This document shows, piece by piece, positions 12,101 to 25,400 of a stretch of 64,000 bases of DNA. Positions within the stretch are counted from its first letter, which is position 1. Every line of letters starts with the position of its first letter. The notes under the pieces were generated by a model. The model was given only the letters and a program-made list of their open reading frames with translations, was not told the DNA's origin and did not search any database. The position numbers were made by a program, and so were the translations under genes. The DNA comes from Takakia lepidozioides (lineage: Eukaryota; Plantae; Bryophyta), in contig CM060732.1 in the NCBI GenBank assembly GCA_030704615.1, positions 10,354,001-10,418,000 of the forward strand, read 5' to 3'.

Positions 12101-12366
12101 TGCCACACAGGATTCCACTTAAAGTTCGACCGTTAAAACACCTAAGGGGGGACGAGGATTTTGATACTACTGTTTCTTCCGAGGACTCTTTTGACATGGC
12201 AGAGGACTATGCACTTCAGATGGCAGAGAAGAAACGACGGGGATCTCCTATGCCTGAGAGGTTACCTCGTTATCAGCCAAAAGAGGGTCAGACATTTCCA
12301 GGTAGTACTCAATCATCTCCATCAGCCAATGACAGGACTCGGGCTCGCACACGGAGTCCTTTATGA
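9120..12366 (+). pseudogene. Extra 3' ORF (coiled-coil-rich, unknown function) of copy 2A, frameshifted
   Basis: ORFs 9286-9684, 9718-9936, 9885-11081 and 11041-12366 are homologous to 29754-33016 of copy B. Confidence 0.8.
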
Positions 12367-12460
12367 GACTCTCACCGTCAGAGGGTGCTCACTCACAAAG
12401 GTTTGCTAATCCCAAACAGTAAACCGTGAGGACACGGCTTTTTGAGAGGGGGAGGGGTAG

Positions 12461-13409
12461 TGTTAGAGGGTTGCTTGGGACTTAGACGCTTTTACGGGTT
12501 CTGTGGGGTACCCTTAATTTTTGCGCAGACTGAGACCAACAGGAGCCTTAGGGGTGGCAGCAGCAGGCTTTAGGGGGGTTACACAGCCCGACACAACTTT
12601 ACATAGTCCGCCACAGTTTCGCACAGCTTCACACAACTTCGCACAGCCAGTCACAGCCGCCACAGCCAGTCACAGCCCGACACAGCCCGACACAGCTTCG
12701 CACAGTCAGTCACAGTCTGACACAGCTTTACACAGCCAGTCACAGCTCGGCACAGCTTGACACAGCCTGTCACGGTACATGGGGAACAATTATCATTGAC
12801 AGGGAACGACTGTGTGGGAACGACATCTGCAGAGGGAACGTGTTACTTCAGGGGTGACGGTTAGTTAGTTAGGTGGTTAGAACAGCTTGCGGGTAGATTA
12901 GGCGGAGCGGCAACAAGAAGAAAATCACTTCAAGGGGGAGCGCTGCTGGTGAAGTGATGACAGGAGATCAGGCGGAGAGCAAGAATGAGAGCATGAAGAA
13001 GGAGGAAAGATGAACAGTAGATGCTTGTTACATGCAAAGCTGTAGTGATACTGTAGGGCAGATTAGAGTCACCATGGCATTGGCCTGATACCTGATAAAT
13101 CATAATCTGATACTTATTCGATACAATCACACTGTGTAGAGAGACATGAATGAAGCTGTGGAATGAATGCATGATTAACTGGAACTTAGTAGATACTGAA
13201 GCAATTTGATGCTTCAGTATACATGGTAAGGTAAATTGAAAACATGAAGGCAAGAATGAATACAAATAGGAAGCACAACCATGATTCACTAGCTGCAGGT
13301 CATGACTGATTGTTCTGAGCGGGCTGGGTGCTTAGAGATATCCAACTCTTCTATCTTGGAGTTTCCACCTCGGATAGCGAAGGGATGGGTGAGTAAAAGC
13401 CGTTCGACA
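12461..13409 (+). repeat. 3' LTR of copy 2A, with CACAGC micro-repeat array (~12580-12775)
   Basis: Preceded by PPT gagaggggggaggggt; homologous to 20936-21884, 33055-33988 and (reverse) 44721-45626. Confidence 0.92.
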
Positions 13410-13997
13410 AAACTATCGTTGGAGATGGGGGTTGCATGGATTGCCCGGATTGTTCCTTCAATCTATTTAGTGTTTTGCGGAGCTCACAGGCTTGTGTGCA
13501 TTGCAAAAACAAACAAACGTCTTTGGTTCGGGTAGAGCATTCTCGCATCATTTGCTCGTTGGTCTCCAAACCATTCCTGCTAGAAGAATGCTTGGTAAAT
13601 CCATCATGATAAAGTCCACGTGATCAAAGAGCGTTCAGGCATTCTCAATTCTAGTGAGCATCCATGATGCTCCCGCACATACCTGGCATGTTCGCAAGGG
13701 TGGTGAGTAAGAAAATATTTCGCAGGGGTCTGCTTTGGATAATGTGAGTGTGCACCTGCTCACAACGTAGGCACATTCCAATGCAGGGGCTTGGTATGTT
13801 GATAACGTCTAAATGGATGCAATGGATAGAAAGGATGGATACAATGGATGTAACACATCCAGTCTGCATTCCTTGGAAATGGCTGATCAACCCGCGGTAA
13901 TAGGTGACACCCGTGGAAATAGGCCCTGTATGCATGCTGACGTGGCGTGAGCTTGTGTTGGGCTCATGGTTTCTTGGGCTCACAGAATAGCACCCCC
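13410..13997. mobile_element. Terminal segment of a second MULE-family element (TIR ends at 13997), interrupted by 2A
   Basis: Reverse complement of 13978-13997, GGGGGTGCTATTCTGTGAGC, resembles the TIR GGGGGTTGCTATTCCATGAGC at 14018; catgagc-like repeats lie inside. Confidence 0.6.
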
Positions 13998-14017
13998 TTC
14001 TTGACCCAGTTCCCCAG

Positions 14018-14765
14018 GGGGGTTGCTATTCCATGAGCTCATGAGCGGTGAGCTCATGAGCTCATGAGCGGGCATGGCTCACCCATGAGCCGCAAAGTAA
14101 CACACTTCGAATTTCGACAGATTTTTTTCGGGCCAAAAACTATAAAATAATCGAAAATCGAAGATTTCCGCGCTCATGCTGGAAGCACTCCGCTCATGAG
14201 TACCAGTGTCCGCTCATGACTTGGAGCCCAGGCTCATGGACCGCCAGGCCAGGTCATAGAAAAACTGAATTCTGGGCAATAACGGCACCGAAATTATCCC
14301 AGAGGCAGAGACACAAGCGGAATTAGGATCCGGGTTTGCAGACTCCAAAAACGCAATGGCGACCTATAACCGTGGATAGTACTATTGCAGAAGTGCAGGA
14401 TGGTTGGGGTATAACGGCGCCGTTATTGGGCACCGGAAAAGAAATAGCCGGCTGAAGGCTCGTGAGTGAAGCCAACAACGGTGAAGTAATTGGGCTCCGC
14501 CAACCAAATACCCGGCTGCATCCTCCGGAGTGCAGGCGATAACGGCACCGAAATGGGCCCGGAAACCAAATACTCGGCTGAAGCCACCGGAGTGCAAGCC
14601 TATAACGGCGTCGAAATTGGGTCCGGAAACAAATACCCGGCTGAAGGCTGGGATTGCAACCAATAACGGCCCAAATTGACCTGCGGAAACAAAATTCTCG
14701 GCTGAAGCTTCCGCACTCCATCTAATAACGGCGCCGAAATTGGGCTTTGGAGAGCAAATACCCGC
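14018..14765. repeat. Left TIR, CATGAGC array and ~60-bp subterminal tandem repeats (taacggcrccgaaat...aaatacccggctgaag)
   Basis: Repeat units visible at ~14410, 14475, 14540, 14602, 14663 and 14724. Confidence 0.85.
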
Positions 14766-14862
14766 CTTACGGTGCGGGAGGCCTGGCTCTCATTTTGCTC
14801 TTCACTCTTCTCTGTTGTGCCCATCTCCTCCCTGCTTTGAGTTCGTGCTGTGTCGTGAGGCC

Positions 14863-15431
14863 ATGTCGTGCCCGAATCACATCTATCGACGCCAGACGGG
14901 AGTCATTTTCCCGAAAGCAGACGACATCATTGTCTTCCTGGATGTTTACAGGGACAATCCTCGACTTGTCCAGCTGAGAGCAATGGAGTTTCTTCCAGGA
15001 TTGCACGATTCTCCTAGACCCCGGCTGGGGGGCAGGTGGTTCCTACACATCATGGACCTGGACTTTCCGCATGTGTGGGAGCCGAACAGATCACGCACAG
15101 CGTTGCTGTATCGCTGGAATAGTTGCGAGTGGACGTATGATGAGTGCATAGGTGAAAACTTTACGTGTGGACGGACTGGCTCGGAAGTGGGGACATTCTC
15201 TTCAGTTATGAGGATGAGGAGGAGGGGAACACAGGGGCCCACTGTGAAAATGTCCTTCTACCAAGGGGCGCTATCGATAAACACGACATCCTCGTTAGTT
15301 TCAACCGGCGACATAAACCACTGACATTTTGTTCAAATATAGGCACCCGGTCACTGAGGAGGTCCTTGAGAGGCCAGTTAGAGTTCCTTCTTCTTGGGCG
15401 AGGGGACCATAGGTCTTGCATGCTAAAGTAG
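14863..15431 (+). CDS. Unknown ~190-aa MULE passenger ORF (one frameshift near 15160)
   Basis: MSCPNHIYRR... joins ...WTDWLGSGDILFSY...; coding-like composition; no recognised domain. Confidence 0.45.
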
Positions 15432-16084
15432 ACATGTTTCGACTCGCTGACACTCATGGCGCATACATTTTCATTCAGAAATCAAGCAGCTTCCCTGTGC
15501 CATATGGGGAATATACATGCTTGGATAATCTTCTGTTAATTTTTGCAATTCACTGCCAGTATGCTGGGACGTGTCCTTTGTCGTATGGATTGCTGTTCAC
15601 AAGGTGCAGTATGCAAATGCTGGAATGTGCAGTAGGACCCTTCCCACTGGGACACAAAAACTAGCAATCTTAAAACGCATCACATTGCAGAACAGTAACA
15701 ATGTATTTGTAGCAAATTGGAGTCTTCTCATAAAGGTGGACGAAAACGCCAGGATGGGCTGCAAAATCACTACAAATTGAATGAACAGCAGTAACAAGGA
15801 AGCACTATGCAGTACACAGACCATAAACGGCGCTGAAATAGGCCTCAATGCCCGTTAATCTCCACACAATGTATGCTTTACTCGGATTCATTTGAGACAA
15901 AAATAAAAAAGCATGAGCATGCCATTCATGGCCAAAAACCACATTCTCATGTATTGCGGCACCGAAATTCACCTGTAGCCATGGCGATGCGGCACCACCA
16001 AGTGTATAATTCCTCACAAAAAAATAGGGTGCAAGAAGATGAATGTAATATAATTGCCACTTTCTCCTTCCCGAATGTGGACTG

Positions 16085-19000
16085 TCAAGCAGCCAACCAG
16101 TATCCTGCCGTAGGGCCTTGTGCAGTTCGTTGAAACTCAGTGTTGGAGCATGGATGAAGACGTCCACTGCGGATATGCAACTCATGCGCTTCATAAAAAT
16201 GTAATAAAGGTGTTTGCAGGGGACGTATGCTGCATTCTTCGATTCCATAACAAGGAAGTCCTCACAGTTGCAAGCTGGTGTGGTACTGTGAAACCGTGAT
16301 TGCATACACGACACTGCGCGCAGCAGACCCGGCTGTTGACAACTGAAATATACGCCCCATCCCGGGGTGAGGAACATCCTGCAACCTTGCACTATGCAGG
16401 GCATTGCAAGAGCGTTGGCCATCTTGGTGTCGTTCGCCTTTGTTGGTGGCCGCCGTCTTTTCAGTTTCCCCCACCGATGGGTGGGCCAAGCTGCGGGGTC
16501 ACCCACCGGTATGCAGGGCGAAAGAAGTTCTCGTGGGAGGAGGATGACGATTGGGGAATTGGATTTCGTGGAACGTCTGTCCTCTCCACCAGTCGAAACC
16601 CTGCACTTCCTAGAGCGTCTGCCTCCTCCAGGGTAAGATCTATACAGTTGCCACAGGCCAGACTGTCCGGTGGTTCAGGCATGCCTTGTACACCATACTT
16701 GGGCTTGCCGAACACACACGACATGATGTCGTGCCTGCAAGAACAAAACTCCTTCAGTGTGCCTCCACAAACTTTGCGCACACAAATCTCCTGTGAAGCA
16801 AAGGGGCACAGGAACACCGCCTGCGGGCTCATCCGAATCATCTCATTGCAACATTCTGCCGTCATGTATTGCCACAAACGACGACAGGCCGCATGTTTTC
16901 CTCTTGCTAACCTGCCACTCTTCCTAACACTCTGCCACGCCATCTTGCTTCCCTGCCTGCCCCCTGCGCTGGGACCGAGCCCTTCCCCCTCCATTCCCCT
17001 CTCCTCCCCCTCCGGGCATCCCTCCTCTCTTCCCTCCCTTCTCCCGCCGCTCCAGCACCCCCGACTGTGTAACGGCGTTGACCTTATGTTTCCCGCAATG
17101 CAGCAGTCCATTTTTTGGGATCGGTCGAACGATGCGCCGCCTCATCAGCATCTCCTGCCTGTCTGGTCGATACCCCATTGCTTTCCTCCCAGAAACTGGT
17201 AGTAATGAGATTGTTGCATGATGGCCCTCACAATATCTTCTGTTGTTGCTGTCAACATGTCAACAAGATGTGCCGCAGAGGAAGCACGCCAGGAAGAGTG
17301 CACCGATTCGGCCATGTTCGTCGTCGGCATATCCGTGTCATCCTCCAAGCTCATGTCCTGTTGAAGGAAATTAGAAATGTCACTGATTGTGGAGAATGTC
17401 CAAGCACAAAACAGAACAATTATCAAGTACAGAAATGTGTTACCTGTCTCATGTAGTCTCCAAACTGGCGGAATCTATAGTGCCACCACGCAAGCCACGT
17501 TTGCAGTTCTGGCTGATCTTTCACATCCACTGCCCCTGAAGACACCCACCAGGCGCGTATGGTTGCAAACTCGGTCTCCGCCTCGTCGATGGAATTCGCA
17601 TTTTTCCACGCTAGGCACATACTGATATGATCCTGCTGGTGGCGTGACGCCACGAACCTTTTCGTGTTTTGCGTCAAACTCTGCATGAAGTGGAACCCGC
17701 AAGATCTCTCCTTTCCTTCCATTGGAGTCTTTGGGTCGTCCCCATATACCCTCCTAACTGCAGCCCAGTTTCGCCTGGGCATTGTCAGCCATGAAGCCCC
17801 TAAAATCGGGAGGGGGGCAACTTGGCTCTCGCCATTTTTCTCATTAATTCCGCGCCACATATGCAACTCCAAATCTGTGTCTTCTCCCTTCATTTCGCAG
17901 ATAGCAATGGTCATCAACTTTCTGCAATGTGGGTCGTATACATGTGCCCCCATTGTCACCCAATCGTGGTTGGTAATTTGCCGGATGTGATCGAACATGA
18001 CCCAACAATTTGAGAGGTCTCCACTGGTCATCCGCTTCACCAAATCGACGCCGCTCCCCGGTCCGCACGTTGACATCTTAAATATGAAGCACCTGTCCGT
18101 CTCCAAGCCTTGACCAGGAAAGAAGCTGCCTTGGATGAAGTCGTAGCCGCATGTGCGCTTCACTTCCAAGATGGAGTGCATGTCTGATCCTCTTCCGATT
18201 CGTTTCTTGCAGCCGACAATGTGGTTCCTGACATTGGGGCTGCACACATGGGACAGCTTCCAGTAGGTCCTTCATGTCCCCGTCGCCCAGCTTCTCTCTT
18301 GTGCTTCCGTCCTCCGACATTATTCTGCCAATTGCAATCCTATGTGCCGATGCGAGCTGTATCTGCTTTGGTTTTGCACCCGGCCTCAACCTCACCTCCT
18401 CCTTGATAATATCCTGGGCTTGTTGAAAAGTGACTCTACAATTGCCTCTGGCGAGGGGGTGCTCATGCTTTCCGATGTGAATGCATGCTCTGGTGCACGC
18501 TGGGCCGACGGTCCCGACGTAGTACTGCTTGGCGTTGCACACTGCCATGCACGTAGGGGCTGCGTTGCAATGGGCACACTTGAACGTCCCTGCAGGAACT
18601 CTACCTTGAGGCCAAAATGGGGTCGACGAATTGCCAATCTAGTCAGTCTCATTCCTGGTGCCTTTGCTAGTGTAATGGTAACATGTGCTCGAGAAACATT
18701 TAAGATGCCAGCACACAATACATATCTCACTCGAACTCCATCACCCAGGTTGGACGATGAAGTTTTGGTGACACACCAAGGGTGGCCGTCATGTTTCCTG
18801 TTCATTCCTGAGAGCATGCCGTCTGGGCCTGCGCCTGCCGGCACTGGAGGGAACTCGTAGATAGCATTCCCATCCACAACATCAGGCAAAGTTTCTACAG
18901 AATGGATTGGAGTTTTGTCGTAATCAAGCCTAAGAAGGTCACTGGAGCGGGAACCCGTTGTCTTCATCCTCCGCAATATGTCGATTACTGAGCGGACGGA

Positions 19001-19358
19001 AGTTGAGTCGGACGGTGTATGCTGAACACTCCTAGTGACGGACGACTTCGAAACATACGATGGAAGGACCATACAGTCTTCATCGTCACTGGATAAGTCG
19101 TGGACGACTGTTTCCCTGTTTTCCTGGATTTCCCTTTTCACATGTTTGGGCTTCTCTACTTGTGAAGAGGTGCCCACATCCTTCACATCTTGCACGCCAG
19201 ACCTTCTTGTGACAGTCAACTTTGGATACTCCTGCCCGGGTGCTGCGCTCACAAGGTGGAAGTGCATCGAGGCAGGCGAGTCCTCATTCAACACCTCAGA
19301 TATCGCCTCAGAAAAGCCCACCTAGAGTTCGGAAGCCGAGGAAGCAGAAGGAGCCCAT
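16085..19358 (-). pseudogene. MULE transposase: GCM/WRKY-fold-like Zn DNA-binding domain, DDE core, Cys-rich region, SWIM finger; intron 17358-17443; frameshifted
   Basis: DGHPWCVTKTS...YVLCAGIL...CAHC...C...HIGKHEHP; VMFDH, FMADNA, CGFH, PTTNMAES; CNCEDF...PCKH. Confidence 0.88.
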
Positions 19359-19424
19359 GGCTTTGCCAATAAAACCCCTAGGGAGACTGGAAGCGGAGAT
19401 ATTGGGTTTGCAGTCAATTTCGGA

Positions 19425-22400
19425 AAACACGGATGCGGTGGAGGCCGCTGGAGATGTGGGAGTCGGATCTGCAGAAGGGCGGCCCATTCAGCTGACAGAA
19501 TGAGAGGACGATAACGTGGTACGACTTGGCGACGATCAGAACCTGCTGGAGCTTGCGGAGGAGCAAAACCTCCAGGACAGTAGACAGTGAGAGGGGTGAG
19601 GGAAGTGACAGAGTGTGATAGAAGTAAGAAACTGGTGGCGGGTATGCTCATGAGCGCACGAGACATGAACATAGCAGCAAACAGGTTGCTGGCAGAGACT
19701 CATAGCAACATAGGCGGCGTTTTGGGCTCCATGGTGTATCCGGAGAACCTCAAAGTTCCTTTGTGTCGCATGGTAAGCCTTCCAGTTGTAAGGCAAGCAC
19801 TGCCAGGGGATATCGATCGACTGAAGCACAACTTCAGAGAAGGGTACAGACAGGGGTCGGCAGCATTCTACGTTTCCTTGAGAATGACCAAGGTGTCACA
19901 AGGGGCCCCACTGCAGAGGAGCTTCAGAATTGGGGCCCCCACTGGCACACTGTTAATGCCGAGTTTGAAGCCTATCTGAAGACTAATCCACATTCGCACA
20001 CATGGAAGGGAAGATGTTCTTCGTTTGGGACGGGAACCACAGGATGCTTGCCTGGACAGAGTACATTGCTGAAATGCATCCGCAAGATATCAGTTGGCAT
20101 TACATGGTGGACTGCATTGTTGTGAAGGTGGACGTCAGGGACAAAGGACTGTTGAAGGGTGCCATGGCGGATATAAATCTGTAAGTATACAATTATATCC
20201 TTGTGTACTGCCTATTGCGGCGCCGAAATAGGCAATGTTCACCACTGTCATGCACTCTATGAACTGGAAATTGGATTGTTGTGCCGAAATCATATTTTCA
20301 TGTTGTTTTTTTCTCCATGGCAGGGTAACAGAGAGGGCCTTTTGGAAACTCATCTGGCACATACGCTCTACAGAGTGCAAGAAGTGGGGACAGCTCCGCT
20401 GACGGACTTCCAAAAGTCCCTCGATCCCGAGCTGTACAGGAAGTCCCTAGCGAAAGCAGATCGCACCTGGTACCGACCAACACTGGACGCCATGGTGGAG
20501 ATCCTCTATTCGGTGAGGTTCATCTCAAATTTCAGTATCAATTTAATGCTATTTGTTGCAGGGATCCTTGGCCTGACTGTATCTGCTGGGTATGGGAATG
20601 CAGACGAACATCAGGGATGACTTGGCCTATGCCAAAAGGCAGTTCTTTGAGAATGATACCCCCAACAAGGCGGACGCGTCGATAGAGAGTCATATTGTGC
20701 AGGCATGGAGGCAATCCCGGACCAAGTACAGGTCCAAACTTGTTAAACAAGTTGCAATCGCTGACCCTGGTCTTGGTGCCGAGTTCCTGGCAGAGATAGG
20801 ACTGCATTATTCCAGACCCATGAAACCGGAAATGTCCATGGAGAAACTTCATCACATCGCAGTGTCCTGTGTTGAGCCGGCGGAGAAGGTAAGCATGTGT
20901 TTATTCTTGTTTTGTGACTTCTCGCGATTCTTATGTGTTAGAGGACTGTAGGGGACTTAGACACTTATACGGGATCTGTAGGGTACCCTTAATTTTGCAC
21001 AGACTGAGACCAACAGGAGCCTTAGGGGTGACAGCAGCGCACTGTAGAGGGGGGTTACACAGTCGTCGTCACAGTCGTCAGCCCACACAGCCAACACACA
21101 CAGTCGTCAGTCGTCACAGCCCACACAGCCACACACACAGTCACAGTCACACCGTCACACCACACAGCCACACAGCCCGTCACAGTCGTCACAGCAGACA
21201 CAGCCACACAGCCAGTCACAGCCCGACACAGCCACAGCCAGTCACCGCTTGACACAGCTGTCACGATAATAGGGAACGAAGAGTAGGACAGGGAACGACT
21301 GTGGGGAACAACACCTGTGAAGGGAACATGTTAGTTCACAGACGACGGTTAGAGAGGGAAACGGTTAGAACCGCGGATAGGAGGATAAAGGGAGAAAAGG
21401 GAATGAAGGGGATCATTATTCGGAGGAGGACTTCGGAGTCAGGCAGGAGCGGAGATCAGAGGCAAGATGGAGAGCACGATGAAGGAGAAAGAGGATTAGT
21501 AGATGCTTGTTATATGCAAAGCTGTAGTGATATTGGAGAGCAGATTAGAGACATAATGGCTTCGGCCTGATACCTGATAAATCATAATCTGATACTTATA
21601 CGATACAATCACACTGTGTAGAGAGATCTGAGTGAAGCTGTGGATTGAATGGATGAGTGAAGAAACCGATAGATTGATGAAGCAAACTGATACTTAATTA
21701 TCAATGTAAGGTAGCTAAGATGAATGCGGAAAGGGAAACAAATAGGAAACACCCCCATGATACACTAGCTGTAGGTCATGACTGATTGTTCTGCGCGGGC
21801 TGAGTACTTAGAGATTTCCAACTCTTCTATCTTGGAGTTTCCGCCTCGGATAGCGAAGGGATGGGTGAGTAAAAGCGCGCGACATTTGGCGACCATACTG
21901 GGGACCTGGGACATGAACAACCAGATGTGACAGGCATCTGGTGGGATCATGGTGGTTGGACCATTAAAGAATTTGAAGTGAATCAAATTCCCTGTGGAAC
22001 GAAGGAAGAAAGATTGTCCAAACAATTCTTTCAAAGGTTCTTGGAATTGCCAGACGGATGTAAAGAAAATATTCTTAAACGAGTGCATGATGCTGATCCC
22101 AGAATGGGGTCTGGAGAAAGGAGTGATAAAGATTTATCAGGTAGCCTGTAGAGGAAGAGCACGTTTGGTTACCAACATTAGTTTATGTGATAGCGTTGCT
22201 ATCCATTAAACGAGTAGAGTTTGAAGGCTTTGGGCATGAATGTTTATACTCATATGCATGAAGAGCTTGTACTGGTAAAGAATTGGATTCCAAAGGATAT
22301 TTTGTGGATCAACTCACACCAAGAACAGCTTTTCAGACTTGTTTGCCATATGGTTATATGGTAAGGAGAACTTCAAGTATAGCCAAGGGTGCATTGAAGC

Positions 22401-25400
22401 TTGAAAGAAACCAGGCATATACGAGAGATATTACAGAAAGAGAGTTTTGGTTATTGCCACATTAAAAGAAATGAAAGACATGGGACATGAGTGATGAAAG
22501 AGAAGCTAGACGACAGAGATATTCATCAAAAAGAGAAAGCTATCTGAAAGCTAATTATCCATATCTTTGGGAGAGAGGAATAGACATAGGGGAATCATCT
22601 GGACCTCTCACACCATCAAGATCAAAAAGTGCATCACCTATACCGGAAGAACTAGAGTTGGATGCCACTCCTTCTGTTTCTTTGCAAGAAAGATTAAGGG
22701 AATTGGTACAGGAAGAAGATCAATCACGAGGTGAAAGATCTGAGGTACATCCTTGGATAAAAGACTTGACAGAAATCTTTGATAAGAGTTGGCATGGAAC
22801 ACCAAAAAGCAGGAACTCCAGTTTCTGAAGCAGAAGATGAAGAAGGAGAAGAGGATGTGGCAGAGCCAACGGAGAGTTCAGACTCTCCAACACCATTACA
22901 GTTGAGTTACATGAGTGAAGAAGAAACCCAAGGGCAGAACTTGGAGGATGAAAACAGAGAGAAGAAATTGAAGAGAAAGAATATGAAGAAGTAGACCCAA
23001 CAGCTGAGGTTGAGACTACAACCAGGACATCCCAACCCGTTGGACCTGGATCAAGTGGAGCACTTGGATCACAGGCCAACGAAGGTGTCGGCTCAGGGGG
23101 ATCAGGCGGGCTGCCTGGATCTGGCTCTGGGGGACAGGGAGTGTGGGAAGTAGTGCAACTGAAGCTGGGAATACTGTGAATATCGTGGGCCCAGAAGCAG
23201 GAGTGCTCAAGGGCCACCACTTGGTGGAAGATCCACCACAAAAACAACAGGTCCAGAAGGACCAGCACAGCAAGGGTGCCAGCACCTGTCAGTGGGCAGA
23301 AGGTAGGGCCACAGATGGCGTTACAACCAACACGGGCAAAACCACCCTTTCCAATATATTCAGGAAAAGGGGATCCGATGTACACATTAGCCAATTTGAG
23401 CACATGTGTATAGTGAACAATGAGAATGGCGATGATGCCAAGATGAGACTGTTTCCTTGTTCACTTATCAAGAAAGCAAGTGAATGGTATGCAAGATTCC
23501 CTGATAATCATTTCCTAACCTGGAATGGCTTGAATACAGCATTTCGAAATAGGTTCAGGACAAGTAAAACTGAGGATGAAGTGTATGGAAGTTTACAACA
23601 GCTGAAGCAGAAGAAGCATGAAACTGTTGAAGAGTATATGGAGAAGATGGAATTGATGATGAAAAAGCTGGCTGCAGTACCAGCGCCCGGTTTACAGAAG
23701 ACTTGGTTTGTGAGTGGATAAGACCAGAGTTGCAAAAGAAAGTGGATATGTTACCCCATAATACAGTGGAGGAGGCATTTGAAACTGCGAACAGAATTGA
23801 GCAATTGGGAATGCTCAGGAGAGAGAAAAAGAAGATGAGGACTCTGAGGATGAGTCAGATGAAGAAGAAGAGCAAGAACTAAAAAGAAAGAGTAAGAGAA
23901 AGGAGAAAGTTGAAGAGGGATAACTATGAAAAAAATTGGAAGAAATCTTGAAGAAGTATGCCACAGAGGCTGCAACACATTGGAGGAAGGGTGTATGGTG
24001 TGCAAAGTGCCAGAATGAAGGCCATACCACCAGAATGCCACATGAAGGAGAAACACTGTACTATCTGTAAAATGGATAACCATTCTACTGAGAATTGTTA
24101 CTACAACAGAAGGACAGCTGCAAGAGAACCTAGGCAAGTAAGGGTGCATCAGGTGCAGCCCCAGCCAAGAAGAAATAATGATCAGGACCACTATGGTAGG
24201 TCTGGTGGTTATAACAATGGCATGGAAGGGAGAGGTAATTCAAGAGGGAATTACCAAGGAAATTCCAGAGGCAACTATCAGGGTAATCCAAGGGGGAATT
24301 ACCAGCCCGGGAATCAGGATTATAGAAAATAATCCAAGAACAGACCAAGGGCGAGGACCCAATGGTGAAGAGCTATGTTACTATTGTAATCAGCCAGGAC
24401 ATCGCAAGGCAGCCTGTTCATTCTGGATAAGACACCAGAATGAGATGAGAGCTCCTGTGAATGAGGGCCCAGTGGTGGCAGCTCACATGGTTAGGCCATG
24501 TGTTGTACCAGAAGTAAGTACAATGATAGTAACAAGAAGTAAAGCCAAACTAATACCTCCAGTAGAAGAGGAAGAAGATGAGACTGGAAGTGGCAATGAT
24601 ATGCCTGAAGATGAAGAGACTTGGAAAGATGAGAAGGAACTGCACAAGGAAGTGGCAGATACTATAAGGGAAATGCAAAAGAGTACTGATATTCCTGTGG
24701 CAGATTCCTCTGATTCGGATGGAGAAAAAGAGGAGTGAGGAAGAAAGGAAAAAAGAAGATGCAGACATGCAAAGTAATGAAGAGACTTTGGCTGAAGTAA
24801 TATGTCAGACCAAAGCAGAAATTACCATTGGACAGCTATTAGCTGTGGCACCTTATTGTAGCACAGGCTGTATCAGGCAATCAATCGAATTGCCCAAGAG
24901 ACAGGAAACACAGACCTGAACAGCAAGGTGACCAGTTATAATGTGAAGCCGGAAGGGCGAGAACCAGTCATGGACTTTGATGATTCTATGCCAGTAATCC
25001 AATTGAGAATTGGAAGCACAGAACTAACTGATGTACTGATAGATGGTGGTTCTGGAGTAAATATCATGACAGACCAATTAAGGAAGAAGCTTGGTCTAAG
25101 TAACATGAAACCAGCCCCATTTACAGTAACAATGGCAGATCAAAGAAGTGTACAGCCATTGGGATTAATAAGAGGAGTTAAGATACAGATACAGAAAATG
25201 ATCTTTATGATCACAGTAACTGTATTAAAAAATGGATGAAGTCATGGAGGCTTACTCCTTATTATTGGGACGTCCGTGGCTGAAACAGGCCAGGGTATTC
25301 CATGACTGGAATTCTCAGTTACTAACTGTGCATAATGGGATGCACGAGATACAAATTACCACAAAGAAATCTAGTAGATTACCTGCTACAAGAAGACCTC

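Larger units (their letters stand above)
7608..13409 (+). mobile_element. Gypsy family-2 copy A (3' part: RH end, integrase, extra ORF, PPT, 3' LTR), internally deleted
   Basis: Colinear with 26998-33988 of copy B; LTR TGTTAG...CGACA. Confidence 0.92.

Noticed and set aside
14280-14765. CRISPR-like repeat-spacer array
   Set aside because: Whole ~60-bp units are homologous with no unique spacers; eukaryotic TE subterminal repeats; no cas genes
16300-17202. 300-aa plus-strand ORF and similar overlapping ORFs
   Set aside because: Antisense shadows of the MULE transposase
21887-21904. tRNA gene
   Set aside because: Only an 18-nt primer-binding complement; no cloverleaf
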